Of a DNA stretch of 54,810 bases, positions 36,005-50,390 are shown piece after piece. Below the pieces are notes generated by a model. The model ran no database searches. It was not told the DNA's origin and saw only the letters and a list, made by a program, of their open reading frames with translations. Source of the DNA: Octopus bimaculoides (lineage: Eukaryota); assembly GCF_001194135.2 (NCBI RefSeq), contig NC_068992.1:53455102-53509911 (forward strand). Direction: 5' to 3'. Both the position numbers and the translations under genes were made by a program. The number at the start of each line of letters is the position of its first letter. The first letter of the stretch is position 1.

Positions 36005-37341
36005 TTCATTCAGTTAAATAGAGATGATAGTCACCAATATGTCTGCTATAAATAAATACAACTTCAAGAAAACTAAGAGTTAACGACTTTTGCAATAGAT
36101 GAGGATTAGAACAAACTAAAACAACTGATGCTTGGACACGAAGCCAAACAAAATAGTATACACGAATTGCAAGTGTTACTGTATGTTCTGTTCGCAATCC
36201 CCCAAACCAGCTGAAAACAGAGGCGCGTTTGAATTAGATTTTACCAAAAACAAATTTTATGAAAGTTTTAAAAACTAATCGGAATCATTAGACTAATGTT
36301 AAAGAAATATAATATAATATTTAACGATAACACAAGTCACAGTTAAACAGTCCATGAAATTTTATTTGAAATTAATTGAAGACTCGGAATTCCATATTAA
36401 GCTAGCAAAGTATTTCGAAATGGGTCCGGAACGCTAATTTATGTGATAACTTGGACAGGATATGAAGAGAAATATATTAGACAAACTGGAAATACCTAAT
36501 GAACTTGTATGACACTACATCGTGGTACAATTCGATTCCCCTGTGCAGACAAATACTTCTTAATGAACATATAAGTACATGTACTGATGATTATCAACGA
36601 AGTCTTTATCTGTTTCTTTGTATCGGTCTAAATATAGAACATCTGAACAACCGGGAATGATACATATCGACCGAGTTTAAACATACATAATTAAACGCTG
36701 AGATGACATTTGAGGAATTTATGTACTTTTATTAATTGAAAAAGGTTAACTATCTTCACTACTCCCCCTCCTTTTACTGTTAATAAAATTTATTTATTAG
36801 CTCTCTTGTTATTGTCAATAACAACTAATTATGGACAGTCTTTATATTTAAAGAAGAGTAAAAGGTTGAATACATAAACATTTCTTCATTAAGTTTCACG
36901 AAAATAATTTCACTTCAGATTTTTTTCTATTTTCAGTCTTATTTGGCTTATTTGGAATGCCTTGACGTCTTTTATTTTTAGCAACACACGCGCGCGCGCC
37001 CCCCCCACACGTTTTCCGTTTTAGAAATGTATTGCATATGTGACTGTACTCTTGTCAGTTTCCGTTTCTAACACTTTTTAAAAGTTTCTTGGTGTTTGGT
37101 TGCAAATATTAGCCCTTGCAGAATTATAGTGTAATCCACTAAACGTAAATGGTGTCACTGTTATTGTTCTCTTTTTATTGTAGATGCAGTCAAAGAGATT
37201 GATATCAGTGAAATTTTAAATTTTCACTGTTATACTTGTACTCACTAAGGTGTTTGTTTTTGTAACCAGTGAATATTGTTTCTCTCTGCTGAGCTTTGCT
37301 ATGAGTGATACTTCTATCTATAGTTTATTTTTGTTGAGAAT

Positions 37342-37726
37342 TGCTGTTGTTGGCACTCCGTCGCTTACGACGTCGAGGGTTCCAGTTGATCCGATCAACG
37401 GAACAGCCTGCTCGTGAAATTAACATGCAAGTGGCTGAGCACTCCACAGACACGTGTACCCTTAACGTAGTTTTCGGGGATATTCAGCGTGATACAGTGT
37501 GACAAGGCTGACCCTTTGAATTACAGGCACAACAGAAACAGGAAGTAAGAGAGAAACTTGTGGTGAAAGAGTACAGCAGGGTGTGCCACCAACCCCTGCT
37601 GGAACCTCGTGGAGCATTTAGTGTTTTCGCTCAATAAACACACACAAGGCCCGGTCTGGGAATTGAAACCGCGATCCTATGACCGCGTGTCCGCTGCCCT
37701 AACCACTGGGCCATTGCGCCTCCACA
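37342..37726 (-). mobile_element. Family A SINE, full length
   Basis: It is the reverse complement of 7876-8263 along its whole length, with a (CAA)-type tail and a 13-bp TSD ttttgttgagaat at 37329-37341 and 37727-37739. Confidence 0.93.
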
Positions 37727-38907
37727 TTTTGTTGAGAATACTTTGGCGTGTATCTATTGTGCACCAAGCTTTTCCTGAAGAGCTGCTCTGTGTTTTGTTG
37801 TATATTTAGAGAAAGTTAAGAGAAAACATACAGAACTTTTATTTTTACTTTTAAAATATCAATAAACGAGCAAAAGCATTTCATTAACCATTATACATGC
37901 AGATCATTATGATATGCAGATACCTGATTGTTGATTAATTCTATTGGCTAGCGCAATTTTAATAAACCAAGATAATTTTTGATTGCTAAAAGTCCCGTAC
38001 GTAAACAAAAATAATTTTCTCATCTTCACACCATAAACTCACCACAGATAAAAAAAATTCCACTTACAACCGAGATAGTATAACAGGAAAAAGCTTATGA
38101 TGAAACTTGTCTTGTAAACACTAGAAATCTTTAGAAGCAACGAACATTATAGGGTTTCACAATAATATTCTGTGTTTAATCCGATTGAATGAATTAAGAA
38201 TGAATATTTAGACAACACTAAAAGCTCAAGATGAATATTGAATAAATTATGCATTATTTATGAAATGATAAGGACAGAGAGACAACTTTCTCCCAGTATT
38301 TTGTTCGTAACTGTTAATAAAGATGATTATGTTGCAAACATTAACTATTTACTTATCGATACGAAAAATAAATATTCACAGCCTTCAGAATAATATTACC
38401 GCTAAATATACAAATTGATTAAGTACAAAATATTTGTTTCCCAAATCATCGGGAGAATTTACCTTTGCTTTTGACCAAAGAAAAGTAAAATTACATAAAC
38501 AAACAACTTCCTTGAGAGCCATTAATATTACAAATGAGTACGACTGCACTCAAGGTCAATAAATAGTAAGGTAACCTTATCAAACTTTGCACTATTAAAA
38601 CAAACAATATACAGTCATTTGAAGAATCCCAGAAGCAGACGAAATAGGCAGCATCTCACGCTTAGATGTATGAATTTTATTTATCAAAGTTTCAATCGCA
38701 ACAGAAGTCACAATACATTATGTATACAAAGATCCAGTACTGAACTAGTTTACTCTGTAAGTAAACTATTTCACTATACAACAATATTAACCTTTCTATG
38801 TACTCAAGGTAAATTGTATAAAGAAAAAAGTGGAGTAGATATGGACTCTGCCTTATGCGTGACAGCAACAAAAACAAATAACAAAGTAGCAGTAACGCAG
38901 GAACAGT

Positions 38908-38966
<59 letters not shown>

Positions 38967-39072
38967 TACCGGGTAAATGGAGGTTGTATTCTTCGTGTGA
39001 CATGCGAAAATATGTAAATGTTCTGAATAAAAGGCTCCAACTAGAACCCATTCATGTATTCTTATACTGTTT

Positions 39073-39114
<42 letters not shown>

Positions 39115-42100
39115 CAACACATACAAACTCATACATATTACACAAGAAAACACACACATAAAAAAATGTGCGTGTGAAAATGCCAAAATATTGTCAGCAC
39201 TACATTGTGATAATTGCTCCTTTACATGTTATTCACCCTTTCATTTCTTTTCAATTTCACTTCTAATTATTCCACTTACATCTTCAGACATTTATATATG
39301 ATATACAGATTTTTGTGGCATAACATTTCGTTTCTATTATTAAGTAATGTTGAATACAACAAATGGATCGTATATATGCAACTTATTGTCAGCACTTCTA
39401 CAGTATCTATTTATTTTCATTTCTGTCTATCATCATGTATGTGTGTGTGAGCGTCTGTATTTCCCACATGTCAGCATACATCTACATCAGAGCATATTTA
39501 ATAAAGCTTTATTTCTAAAGAAGTGTGTGTTTGGGCATCAATATTTCATCGCATTCATGTATATAATAAACATGTATGCTACAGATAGCGTTCGTAACAG
39601 ATTTGACTTCTCCCTTTCTCAAAACTACTGTTAGACACTCACGGGATTTAGCATACATACTTGCTATAAATGCTTTGGATTGTGAAGTGCTTCTTTACTA
39701 ATTGATCCAAGCATAACCGATCCTCATTTGGTTTATTAAAAATGTGTAACGTTCACCCCACTATTCGAACACTATGCTAACCAGGTTTCTACATGAAGGA
39801 CTACTGAGTTGAGCGCCTGGATTCTACTTTTCCTTTCCGTTAAGAATTTAAAACGAGAAAACAACTTTTCTGATGATTGCCCTCAGATGCGAGGAAATTC
39901 AGTTAATGATGCTATGAACTTTTAACACATAGCCAACACATGCGCATAACCCCCCCCACACACACACACACACACTAGTAAGAAAATATCACAAGCATAT
40001 ACGCAAAAGCAGACAGTCGTATGCGCATATTCATCTATCTCTCTAAACGTATCGTGTATATATGTGTGCGTGTGTGTGTTTGTGTATTCGTATACAACGC
40101 TTATATCAACGTATGTGTATGTGTATATGAAAATGTAAGCCTACATGCATAACACGTGTATGTGTGTATTTATAATACGCGGAAAGAGAAAGAATAAGTG
40201 AAAGAAATCGGTAAGAGAGCGATTACGTATTTGGAATTGATTTCTACCCAGCCAAGTTTTACGTATTTCTCGGGTCCTTAGCTCGTTCGTTTTGTATCTG
40301 GATATATTATCACTACAGGAAACAAAAGAATTCGTATTGGCCAAGCAACTGTTTTCTTTTCTTAAGCTCAATTAAAGACGATGCAGACGTATGAAAATCG
40401 AAAATAAATAGAACATCATGTAGTAGTAGTAGTAATAATAATAAGAATAGTAATAATAATGATAATAATGTGAACAACAACAGCAAAAAACAAAAGCGAC
40501 AACTATAAAAACATATGAAGGAAAAGAAATCAAAGCAAAACAAAAACAGAAAAAGCAGGAACAACATTTATATAATCATACTTCCAATACAGATGTTAAA
40601 ATCAGAAAGCAAGTTTGGCGTTTACCAGAACTATATTTGGTACTGTTCTAAGAGTAAAATCAGGAAATCGGGGAAGCAGCCAAGCGATCACCAAATAGAT
40701 GTGGCTTATTGCAATGAGGAAGGACATCTGTGGATGCAATCAAAAAACAAGAGCAACAAAAGAATAATATGGCAGACTTTTCAGGTCGGGATGAATGTGA
40801 AGATGTTATGCCTCGCTTTGGTATTGTTAAGTGAATACAGCGAGCTTCTTAGTATTTTGTAGCCAGGTTGTTTAGTCTTTTGCTTATGAATTCCTGACAG
40901 ATTTTCTTTGCTAGACCCTACCCCACTCTTTCGATCCACTCCTCTTTCATTCTTTCTTGTTTTTCTTTTCGATTTTTTTTTTTTTTTTACTTACGTACTT
41001 GCCTACATGCACACATTTATTAGTTTTTGCCGTACGTAATACTACTGTTATAAGTTAGAAATATTGCTTCTATCTATCCAGCTATCTAAACAATTAACAA
41101 TTTAAGAACGCATCTAGATGTTTATATACTCAAAATCTCATTTTCTCTCTATCACTCCCTCTCTCTCCCTCTTTCTCCCGCTCTCTACTTATATTCCTAT
41201 ATTTGAGTGATTATGTGTACTCCGTACGATATCAATTTGATCTGCATGGTTCAATAGCATATTTTATATATTGAAGCTTCCAATACCACAACAATATTAT
41301 TTTGTTCACTACCTTGAAACTTGGAGGTGCGACGAAAAGACACCAGCAGAATATGCACCAGACTTACATAAATGCTGATTGAAATCTATTTTATAGACAA
41401 AATTCTACAATGCCCGTAGTCGGAAGATTGGAACGTGTAATACATATGTATATGTATAAATATATATATGTGTGTGAGTGTGTATATCTGTGTGTGTACA
41501 AGTATAGGAGTATTTATTCTATTCGAAATTATATCTATTTCTCTCTTTCTTTTGCTATCCATCTACCTATCTAACTCCATCTGTTTTTTTTTTTTTTGTT
41601 TTTTTTTACATATTCATCTCTTAAAATAATACTTTCGCTAGTTTCCTCTTATAAGAAATATTAGAAATTTTACCTTTTGTATCCATAACTGTTCACATGG
41701 TTACTCAATAACAGTGAGTTCAAGGCCACCCGGAGTTATGCATATGTCTATTGATTCAACATTGCACCTGATCAGGAACAGATTTACAAGCTTGAAATTC
41801 TTACGAGTCGATAATTTGCCGTCTCAGCTATACATGTAGTTTGTAATTTCTACTCCGAAATATATAGTAGGAGCTCGATTTTGTAATATTTTTCATTAAA
41901 AATTGTTATATGTTGAAACTGAAGACAGTTGGTGTAGTTTACTAAACAATACTTTTCCTTTGATAAAGGGGAGTACAAAACGTTTTTGTCTATGTACCTT
42001 GATCGAATGTGACTCCAAGGTTCATGGAAGTACATTTTCGGTCTGTAATTCAGTTAGGCTTGTATTTTATATGTGATACATCAAAAACATACATAAATCA

Positions 42101-43394
42101 TATCAGGTTTGTAACGAATAATCCATTTTCATTTGCAGTTCGTACTTTTATCTTTCACAGCGTAAGTGTACAACGTTTGACATAGTTTTACGCCATGAAC
42201 TTAGCAAGAAAACAGGCCATGGAAAGACAAATAACATTTGGCTTTTTTACAAGTACACCAAGTATTTGCAGATTTATATGTATTAATAACTTCGACAGTC
42301 AATACGGAAGTCTCTACATGGTACCTTTAACTTCCACAAAATGTGCTAGGTTAACGTTTTAAACGAATAAAAAAAATTGAAATTGGCCGCCCAAAATGCT
42401 TTAACTACTTACAAAACTTAGAAGAATTGGAAAAATCAGTGTCAGGGTTGGAAAAATATCTTTGGATCTTAAGCTGCTGCAATTAAAGCTTACATGGGGG
42501 GATAATGACAGTCGATACTAATACAACTACATATACTTTGATTATATTGGTACTTTCATGCTAGATCCCAACATTCTTTATGTGAAACATAGTTCTTGTT
42601 AAACATTGTTCATTGTAATCAAGGACTAATGGAGTACCGGTTTTCAAATAGTAATAAGAATTAGGAGGTTTTCGTCAGTTCATATTCGACATTGCGTGAG
42701 ATCGAGGAAAACAAAAAGTAACTTCTAAAACGAAATCGTATGCTTAGTTACATGTATTCTACGTTGAATCACAAACGACAAAGGTCAATGTGAATTACAA
42801 TATGGCGTAAGTTGATATCAGCTATTAATCGACCAGTATAAAACTTTTTCCGTCAATATAATAGTTTCTAGTTTGTGTGATTTGTCAGAAGTAAACGGAC
42901 TAAGGTTAGAATGGCAACGTTTTAATTGATATTTCAATTTATAAACATATCACAGTGAAAAGGCTAATCAGTTAAAGCTGTTCTAATCTGTAATCTCCTA
43001 AAACCTTACTGCATTATCTGATTAGGTCCTTAAAGCATTGCAGTGAATTTTAGAGTGTTTTCTTTCTCTCCACAGTGCGGAGCAGATTTCAACTTAAATA
43101 TCTAATACAGAAAGCCTACTGTAATAATAATAATAATTGCGACAACAATGGCTGCCATTAAAACAAAAGGTCGCCGAAGATGATAAAGATAAAAATGTTG
43201 GGGATAATAATGATGAGGAGGAAGATAAGACTATGATGATGATGATGATGACGATGATGATGATGTTGATGATGACAAAGATGAATATCATAATGATGAA
43301 ATTTGAAATAATTTCTTTTGACTAGCTGCTACAGGGCAATATCAATTAAATTATTTCTAGTATGTTTTTGTTATTTTTCTCATCTATGTTGAAG

Positions 43395-43545
43395 CTATTT
43401 ATTTTATCAAATCAGAAGACATGAAAGACCAAGATGACCCCGACTAGATTTGAAATCACAAATTTGCTGGACGAAATTAAAAGCAATAACTCTTTTAGTC
43501 CGATGCTTCATGGTTTCTGCCCTCTGTACACCAATAATAATAATT
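43395..43545 (-). mobile_element. Highly degenerate family D SINE
   Basis: It contains atgaaagaccaagatgacccc...gatttgaaatcac...gacgaaatt...tttctgcc followed by aataataataat. Confidence 0.45.
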
Positions 43546-43974
43546 TCTTTTGACATTCCTTTTCATATTTTCTATCGAATAGCACTGATGTAATTGAAAA
43601 TGTGGTTGCCTTGCTTGCTAGCACATATCAAAATAATGAACCTCTGCCAAATGTTGTAAGACACTGAAACACTCATTAGGTTTATAGTAACACTGCTGTT
43701 AATAGACGTTGAGCCATGATTTGAGCCATGATCTTGCATTTGAATGAGTTAACTGTTAGATGTAGACTCGGATGCCAATAGTTTAGCGTAACTCTCTTCT
43801 AACTAGTTTAAAATCAGTGACAGCAATATATATAGATGGATGAAAGAGCTGCCAGCTTAATGCAAACTTTCATAATAAATGCAAATAAAATTACTAACTG
43901 CAAAAGGTTCAGTGTAAAGTGGGCAAGTAATATTTCATACATATATGTTTAATCTTGCTGCCTTCTCCCACTTG

Positions 43975-44022
43975 AAAATGCTGTGAGGCGGCCCTCAGTC
44001 GACGAAAAATTGCCCATCCCTG
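43975..44022. mobile_element. Possible hAT-type transposon terminus
   Basis: gcggccctcagtcgacgaaaaattgcccatccctg resembles ends of non-autonomous hAT elements (recollection). I found no partner end or 8-bp TSD. Confidence 0.3.
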
Positions 44023-45281
44023 TTTTATACGGTCTTATTGGAATTTATCAATAATAATTTAATTATTTAATCAGAATACTTGTTAAATTGGCACCTGAAT
44101 ATGTAGAAGGATCTCAAACTCTCCTCAGATCACTTCAGCTTCAATCATACAAGCTTCTCATATCAAAGTTACATAGATTAAAATCTTCAATCAAAGTTTC
44201 GGGTTCATTCATGTTCCAACTTAATAATGACAGTTATTTGATTAAATTCTTTATTATTTTCAAAATTAATTGGAATCGGTGTTGCACCAGTAAAAAAGAA
44301 TAGTAAATGAGTTATACACTTAAAGTTTGTTCAATTTTACAATTTACGGTTAATGTGTCCCCTGGGATATCAGTAATTTACATAACTACAGTGTATCGTA
44401 TCATTTCATGTGTTTGGTCATTCATTAACATAAAGGGGGATAGGGTCACTGATCCAAAACTGAAAAAGGATGGACATTCAACATTATTCAAAACCAATCA
44501 TCTTTAAATTGTTTCCTTATAAACATACTTCGAACTGCTATGTATTATTAGTTACAAATAAAACAAATGTTTTTGACGCTTGAAACAATTATTCCACCAG
44601 AAACGTATGCTGTTACACAGAATCAAGAATATTCGTATCATATATCCTTCTTCTTTCTGTGCTTATTGGTTACTTCCATTTTTTTCTAAATATCGAGCCA
44701 CACTGTAATGTTAATATTAGCAGTAATAGCATCAGTATTATCATTAATAGGACTATTAATTATAATTGTAGTTCTGGCGGTAGTCTTGTTGGTAATGACA
44801 GCTTAGTAATTTGTTTTTAAGTGTTACGTCCATATATTTAGTTGCGCCATGGGCTAGACGAAAAATAAATTATCGCCATAACTTCCTGTCATTGAAATAG
44901 GATATTGAGTTCACGTTCTCAAGTCGAAGGTTCTAAAGTCTAAATTGTCTGACCTATCGCTAGAGGCTCTCATACGTTTACAAGTTAACGTATATATTTT
45001 GTAATGACAATTCAATTAAAAAGAAAAATATGTAAAACTATGAACTGTGGTTTATCAAACGCTCTTTATTTATCGAAAACGCTTTCCAAATTATCGAAAA
45101 GATAAGCCTGCAAGTTGTATACATTACATGACAGAGTCTGAATTGTAATGAAATGCCTTATGTATACGGTTTGATCAAACATATATATATAAGAATGTTT
45201 TCATTTGTTTTCCCCTTACGTATTCAAGTATCATCTCTCCTTTTCATAAATTATATGTATTAGCAAACACACAAATAAAGA

Positions 45282-45336
<55 letters not shown>

Positions 45337-45888
45337 CACAGCACACACACAGAGCACAGCACACACAAAAAAAATCATTTATCCAACTTGTTTGAGTCAT
45401 TCGTCCCTGACCACACTGGGGCACTACTTTGAGCCAAAAAATTATGTGTGGCTTAGTAAGCTGCAAATACTAGGAAGTGTGGGAGGACGGGAAGGTAAAG
45501 TAATCGGTAACAAGTGTTAATGGAGGAAAAGGATCATACCTACTGTTGACAAAGTAAACGGGACATCAGCAAGTTAAAGAAAAACGCTGAAAGAGAAAAG
45601 GAAAACTATTCAGAAATATCTTATAAATATACAAACACAAGACTGGTTTCTGCTACGTTTCCGTTTAAGAAATTGATCCGACGAGTATGCTGCGCAGTGA
45701 GACTACATCTGGAATTATTTTGTTGCGCAGGAAATCTCTTGACCACACAGGCATGCTAACATCTATAAAATTCGGGATGTTATGAATCAACAAAAATTTG
45801 TAATCGACATTTCATTTTGTTTCAGTATGGTTTGTGTGTCGGTGTGCGTGTGATACATTTTGTGTGTGTGTGTGTATATGTGTGTATG

Positions 45889-46119
45889 TATTTTATTTTT
45901 TGTCTTTTACTTGTTTCAGTTATTTGACAGCAGTCATCCTGGGACAACGTGGGATATCGCTTTGAAGAGTTTTAGCCGATCAAATCGCTCCAGGACTTAT
46001 GTTTTCAAACCTAGTACTTATTCCGTAGATATCTTTTGCCAAGCCACATAGTTATGGGGTCGTAAATACACCAACACCGTTTGTCAAGCGTTGGTGGGGG
46101 ACACGCACACAAACACAAA

Positions 46120-46169
<50 letters not shown>

Positions 46170-46331
46170 ACGGTCCTCTTTCAGTTTCCGTCTACCAAAT
46201 TCACTCACAAGGGTTTGGTCATCCCGAGGCTATATTAGAGGAAACTTACCCCAAAGAACCACACAGTGGGACTGAACCCGGGACCATGTAATTGGGAAGT
46301 GAGCTTCTTACTACACTGCCACGCTTGCGCC
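45889..46331 (-). mobile_element. Family B SINE, full length, diverged
   Basis: It is the reverse complement of family B: the head lies near 46331, tttcagtttccgtctaccaaat at about 46180-46201, there is an internal TA/CA tract, and cttttacttgtttcagt marks the 3' end. Confidence 0.85.
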
Positions 46332-46685
46332 TACAAACACAGACGATCACACGCAAGTGACTGGTACCGAAGAAAGGGGAAATTTTCTGGATATGTTGTA
46401 CAATATCAATATAATGATTATTCATTTGATATTCTTTCTCTGCTTTGAAAACCTTAAATATGCAGCATCTTTCTAAAGGGGAATTTAGTAGTATAATGAA
46501 ATAAACACACTTTCAAGATGGTGCAGGGCTTTCACGAATTCGATGACTAACGCAGGCATTTTGAGTTACATGTTGACGATGATTATGCAGTGGGATTAGT
46601 GATGTCTCTTTGAATAAAGAATGTTGTCAGCCTGCTTGATCGTGATTTCATGAAAGTTAAAGTAGCACCAGACAAGAGAGATTAG

Positions 46686-46806
46686 ATGTATGTATGTATG
46701 TATATATGTATTTTTAGGTCTATATGTATGTGTGCATGTATGTATTTGTGTGTGTGTATGTATACGTATGCATCGTTGTATGTATCTATGTATTTATATA
46801 TAAGTG

Positions 46807-46838
<32 letters not shown>

Positions 46839-47193
46839 TATGTATGTGCATATATATATATATGTATGTGCATATATATATATATGTATGTGCATATATA
46901 TATATATATATGTATGTGCATATATATATATANNNNNNNNNNNNNNNNNNNNNNNNNNNNNNNNNNNNNNNNNNNNNNNNNNNNNNNNNNNNNNNNNNNN
47001 NNNNNNNNNNTATGTGTATATATATATATATGTATGTATGCATATATGTATGTGTATATATATATATATATATGTATGCATATATGTATGTATATATATA
47101 TATATGTATGCATATATATATGTGTATATATATATATATGTATGTATGCATATATGTATGTGTATATATATATATATATATGTATGCATATAT

Positions 47194-47238
<45 letters not shown>

Positions 47239-47430
47239 CATCTATGTATGTATATATACATATATATGTATCTATGTCTCTAAGTATGTACTTATGTATT
47301 TATATGTAAGTATATATATATATATATATACATCTATATATGTATCTATGTATGTATATATAAGTGTATACATACACACATATATATGCATGTATGTGTA
47401 TATATATATGTATACATACTTGTATGCATC
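46686..47430. repeat. TA/TATG microsatellite with higher-order units; contains gap 46933-47010
   Basis: gtatgcatatatgtat recurs every 35-45 nt between variable (TA)n runs. Confidence 0.9.
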
Positions 47431-48363
47431 ATATAAAATTCACACAGATATGTATAGATACATGTGCAAGTATTTAAGTGATATTGTATGTGCATACGTA
47501 TACATATGTAAGAATTTGTGTTTACGTGAAAGAGAGAACGGGAAGTGGAGGAGGTATCAGTGCATCTATAGTCTAACACCAGTATATGACACTTCCGGTA
47601 TTAAAAAATAAAATTTCAAATACCATACAAAGATAATATTCCGGAAGTGAATTTTCTATTACGTCTAATTAGCTTAAAGTTTAAGTTTATGAGAAAGGAA
47701 GATCCCATGTGCCAATCGTACAATTACAAATGTAGTTTTCTTTTTTTTTTTTTACAAAGAGAATCATAGACGTATATTATAATGTCTTTGCTTTCTCCAT
47801 ACGTGTTTCTGTATGACATATCACTTACAAAAGAATTTTATTATAGAAGTAGAAAAGTGAAACATTCATAAATTGTTCTGATAAAAGAAATTCTTTAGAC
47901 TTTTGATGACTATGATGATTATAGCGTTATTTTGCAATTCTTACAAAGCCACAACATTCTGCCAGGGGATCATTATGGCAAAAATTAGTGCTTCATGTCA
48001 GGCAATTTAGCTTTTAAGTCATTCAAATAAAAGTCAGACTTGCGGAGAAAATAGAGGAAAGAGTCTGAGTGAAACGTGGGTTGAAGCAAATTAACAGTTA
48101 CAAATCCAATATGAGTTTCGATGATTCATTCTAGTTCTACCGACATCTTGGTAATATTTAATCGCGGTTTCGATTCTCAGATGAGTAACTACGACTCTTG
48201 ATTGTTCAAACATTCAGATTACCTTTAATCTTGCTCTTCCTTTTTGTCTTTAAAATTCTGTGATGATCATTTTCAGTTTCAATTAGAAACGTTTTGATGA
48301 TTATATTTTTCAATTCATGAGAGCAGCATGAATGCATGCCTATTTTCTTGTTATCCTGGTATT

Positions 48364-48687
48364 GTTGTTGTTGGCACTCCGTCGCTTACGACGTCGAGGG
48401 TTCCAGACACGTGTACCCTTAACGTAGTTTTTGGGGAGATTCAGCGTGACCACAGTGTGACAAGGCTGACCCTTTGAATTACAGGCACAACAGAAACAGG
48501 AAGTAAGAGTGAGAGAAAATTGTGGTGAAAGAGTACAGCAGGGTTCGCCACCACCCCCTGATTTAGCCTCGTGGAGCTTTAGGTGTTTTCGCTCAATAAA
48601 CACTGAAAACGCCCGGTCTGAGAATCGAAACCGCGATCCTATGACCACGAGTCCGCTGCCTTAACCACTAGGCCATTGCGCCTCCAC
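48364..48687 (-). mobile_element. Family A SINE with a 64-nt internal deletion
   Basis: Same family as above, with a (CAA)n tail and a 12-bp TSD tatcctggtatt at 48352-48363 and 48688-48699. It reads ttccag|acacgtg where the 37342 copy has 64 extra nt. Confidence 0.92.
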
Positions 48688-49119
48688 TATCCTGGTATTA
48701 CTCAAGGCATTACTCACATCTTCAATTCTATTCCAACAGTGACAGTATCGAAGAAAAAACTGGGGTGTTAGCGAGGTTTGCACAAAATAGTTGCCTGCTG
48801 ATCGATATTTGAACACTGAATTTGGCCCTTCAGCCTGATAGTAAAATTTAAAACAACTAACTTCTTAATCATAGCTTATAAAGCCATTGTTTTATTTAAC
48901 CTAAAATTTTGCTGACATTAGTTCGCATAATCAATCTATTATCGCTCATCTGAGCACACACACGCATGCGCAAGCACTAACGGACAGACGTACAGCTTCC
49001 TCTATTTCCCCAGTTCTCTACTTTCACTTTTACCAAATTATCTGATTCTGTTTCCGTGTCATATTCTTCACCTAGCTCTCTCTCTTTCTCTCTCTCTCCC
49101 CCCCCTCTGTCTCTCTCTT

Positions 49120-49159
<40 letters not shown>

Positions 49160-49265
49160 TTTCTATGTCTCTTGCATCTCTATATCTCCTTTTGCAGCTC
49201 TACATCGCGATCAATTTTTTTGTATTTCCTGACTGTTTAACCAACCACCTACCCATGTATGTATG

Positions 49266-49310
<45 letters not shown>

Positions 49311-49742
49311 GGAAGAGAGAGAGGGAGAAAATGGATAGGTATAGATATAGATAAGTAGACAGATATTTGTTTAACCAACCACCTACCGAACGACATATCA
49401 ATATGCTTTTAGGAAATCTTAATATACATCCACCAATATGTGTGTCGGTCTTTGTACGATACATGTAACTTTGAAGACTATAATGTCAGCGATAATAGTG
49501 CTTTTAAGAAATAACAGAGAACAAGTAGATGACAGTTCAAAATGTACAAAAGAATTGTGACAGAGGCAATTGACTCCCGAAACAAAGAGAAAAGGTAAGA
49601 GAGTTCAACAACAGGAGATAAATGCATAGCTTTGCTATATCAGTTGTATCCGACAAGCGTAGATCCTCGAGAATGTAATGTAGTGAAGCTAGGCATAAGC
49701 TATATATGCAAGCATATATGTGTATGGAAGTANNNNNNNNNN

Positions 49743-49774
<32 letters not shown>

Positions 49775-49992
49775 ATTTTTAGTTTTGCTTACAAAAATAT
49801 CTTACGTAAGGTAGATATGCTCATCAGAATCGACCCATTTCATTATTGTATCATATTCTATATAACTTAAAGGTGTAGACGATCTTCATCAGATTTCTTT
49901 GCAGCGTATAACTCGAAACTATATATCAACATATAAATATTAATTTCTCTCTTTCTATTTCCTCTGCTTCTCTCATACATATGTATTTCTGT

Positions 49993-50023
<31 letters not shown>

Positions 50024-50347
50024 GAGTGTGCGTGTGTGTCTATGTATGCATGTGCTAATGCACGTGCTAATGAATATAAATTCACAACTTCAGTTTAAAC
50101 CTGATAAATGTTTAAATAAAAATGTCCCTTTTTTCTCCACACACGCATTTATGTAACATATNNNNNNNNNNNNNNNNNNNNNNNNNNNNNNNNNNNNNNN
50201 NNNNNNNNNNNNNNNNNNNNNNNNNNNNNNNNNNNNNNNNNNNNNNNNNNNNNNNNNNNNNNNNNNNNNNNNNNNNNNNNNNNNNNNNNNNNNNNNNNNN
50301 NNNNNNNNNNNNNNNNNNNNNNNNNNNNNNNNNNNNNNNNNNNNNNN

Positions 50348-50390
<43 letters not shown>

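Noticed and set aside
40515-40862. 115-aa ORF
   Set aside because: The N-terminal part derives from an A-rich low-complexity tract, the remainder has no recognisable homology, and there is no convincing exon boundary pair.
43054-43325. Strong-looking acceptor tttctttctctccacag followed by a D/E/M-rich ORF
   Set aside because: All three frames from the acceptor stop within about 30 codons, and the downstream ORF is a (GAT)n microsatellite.
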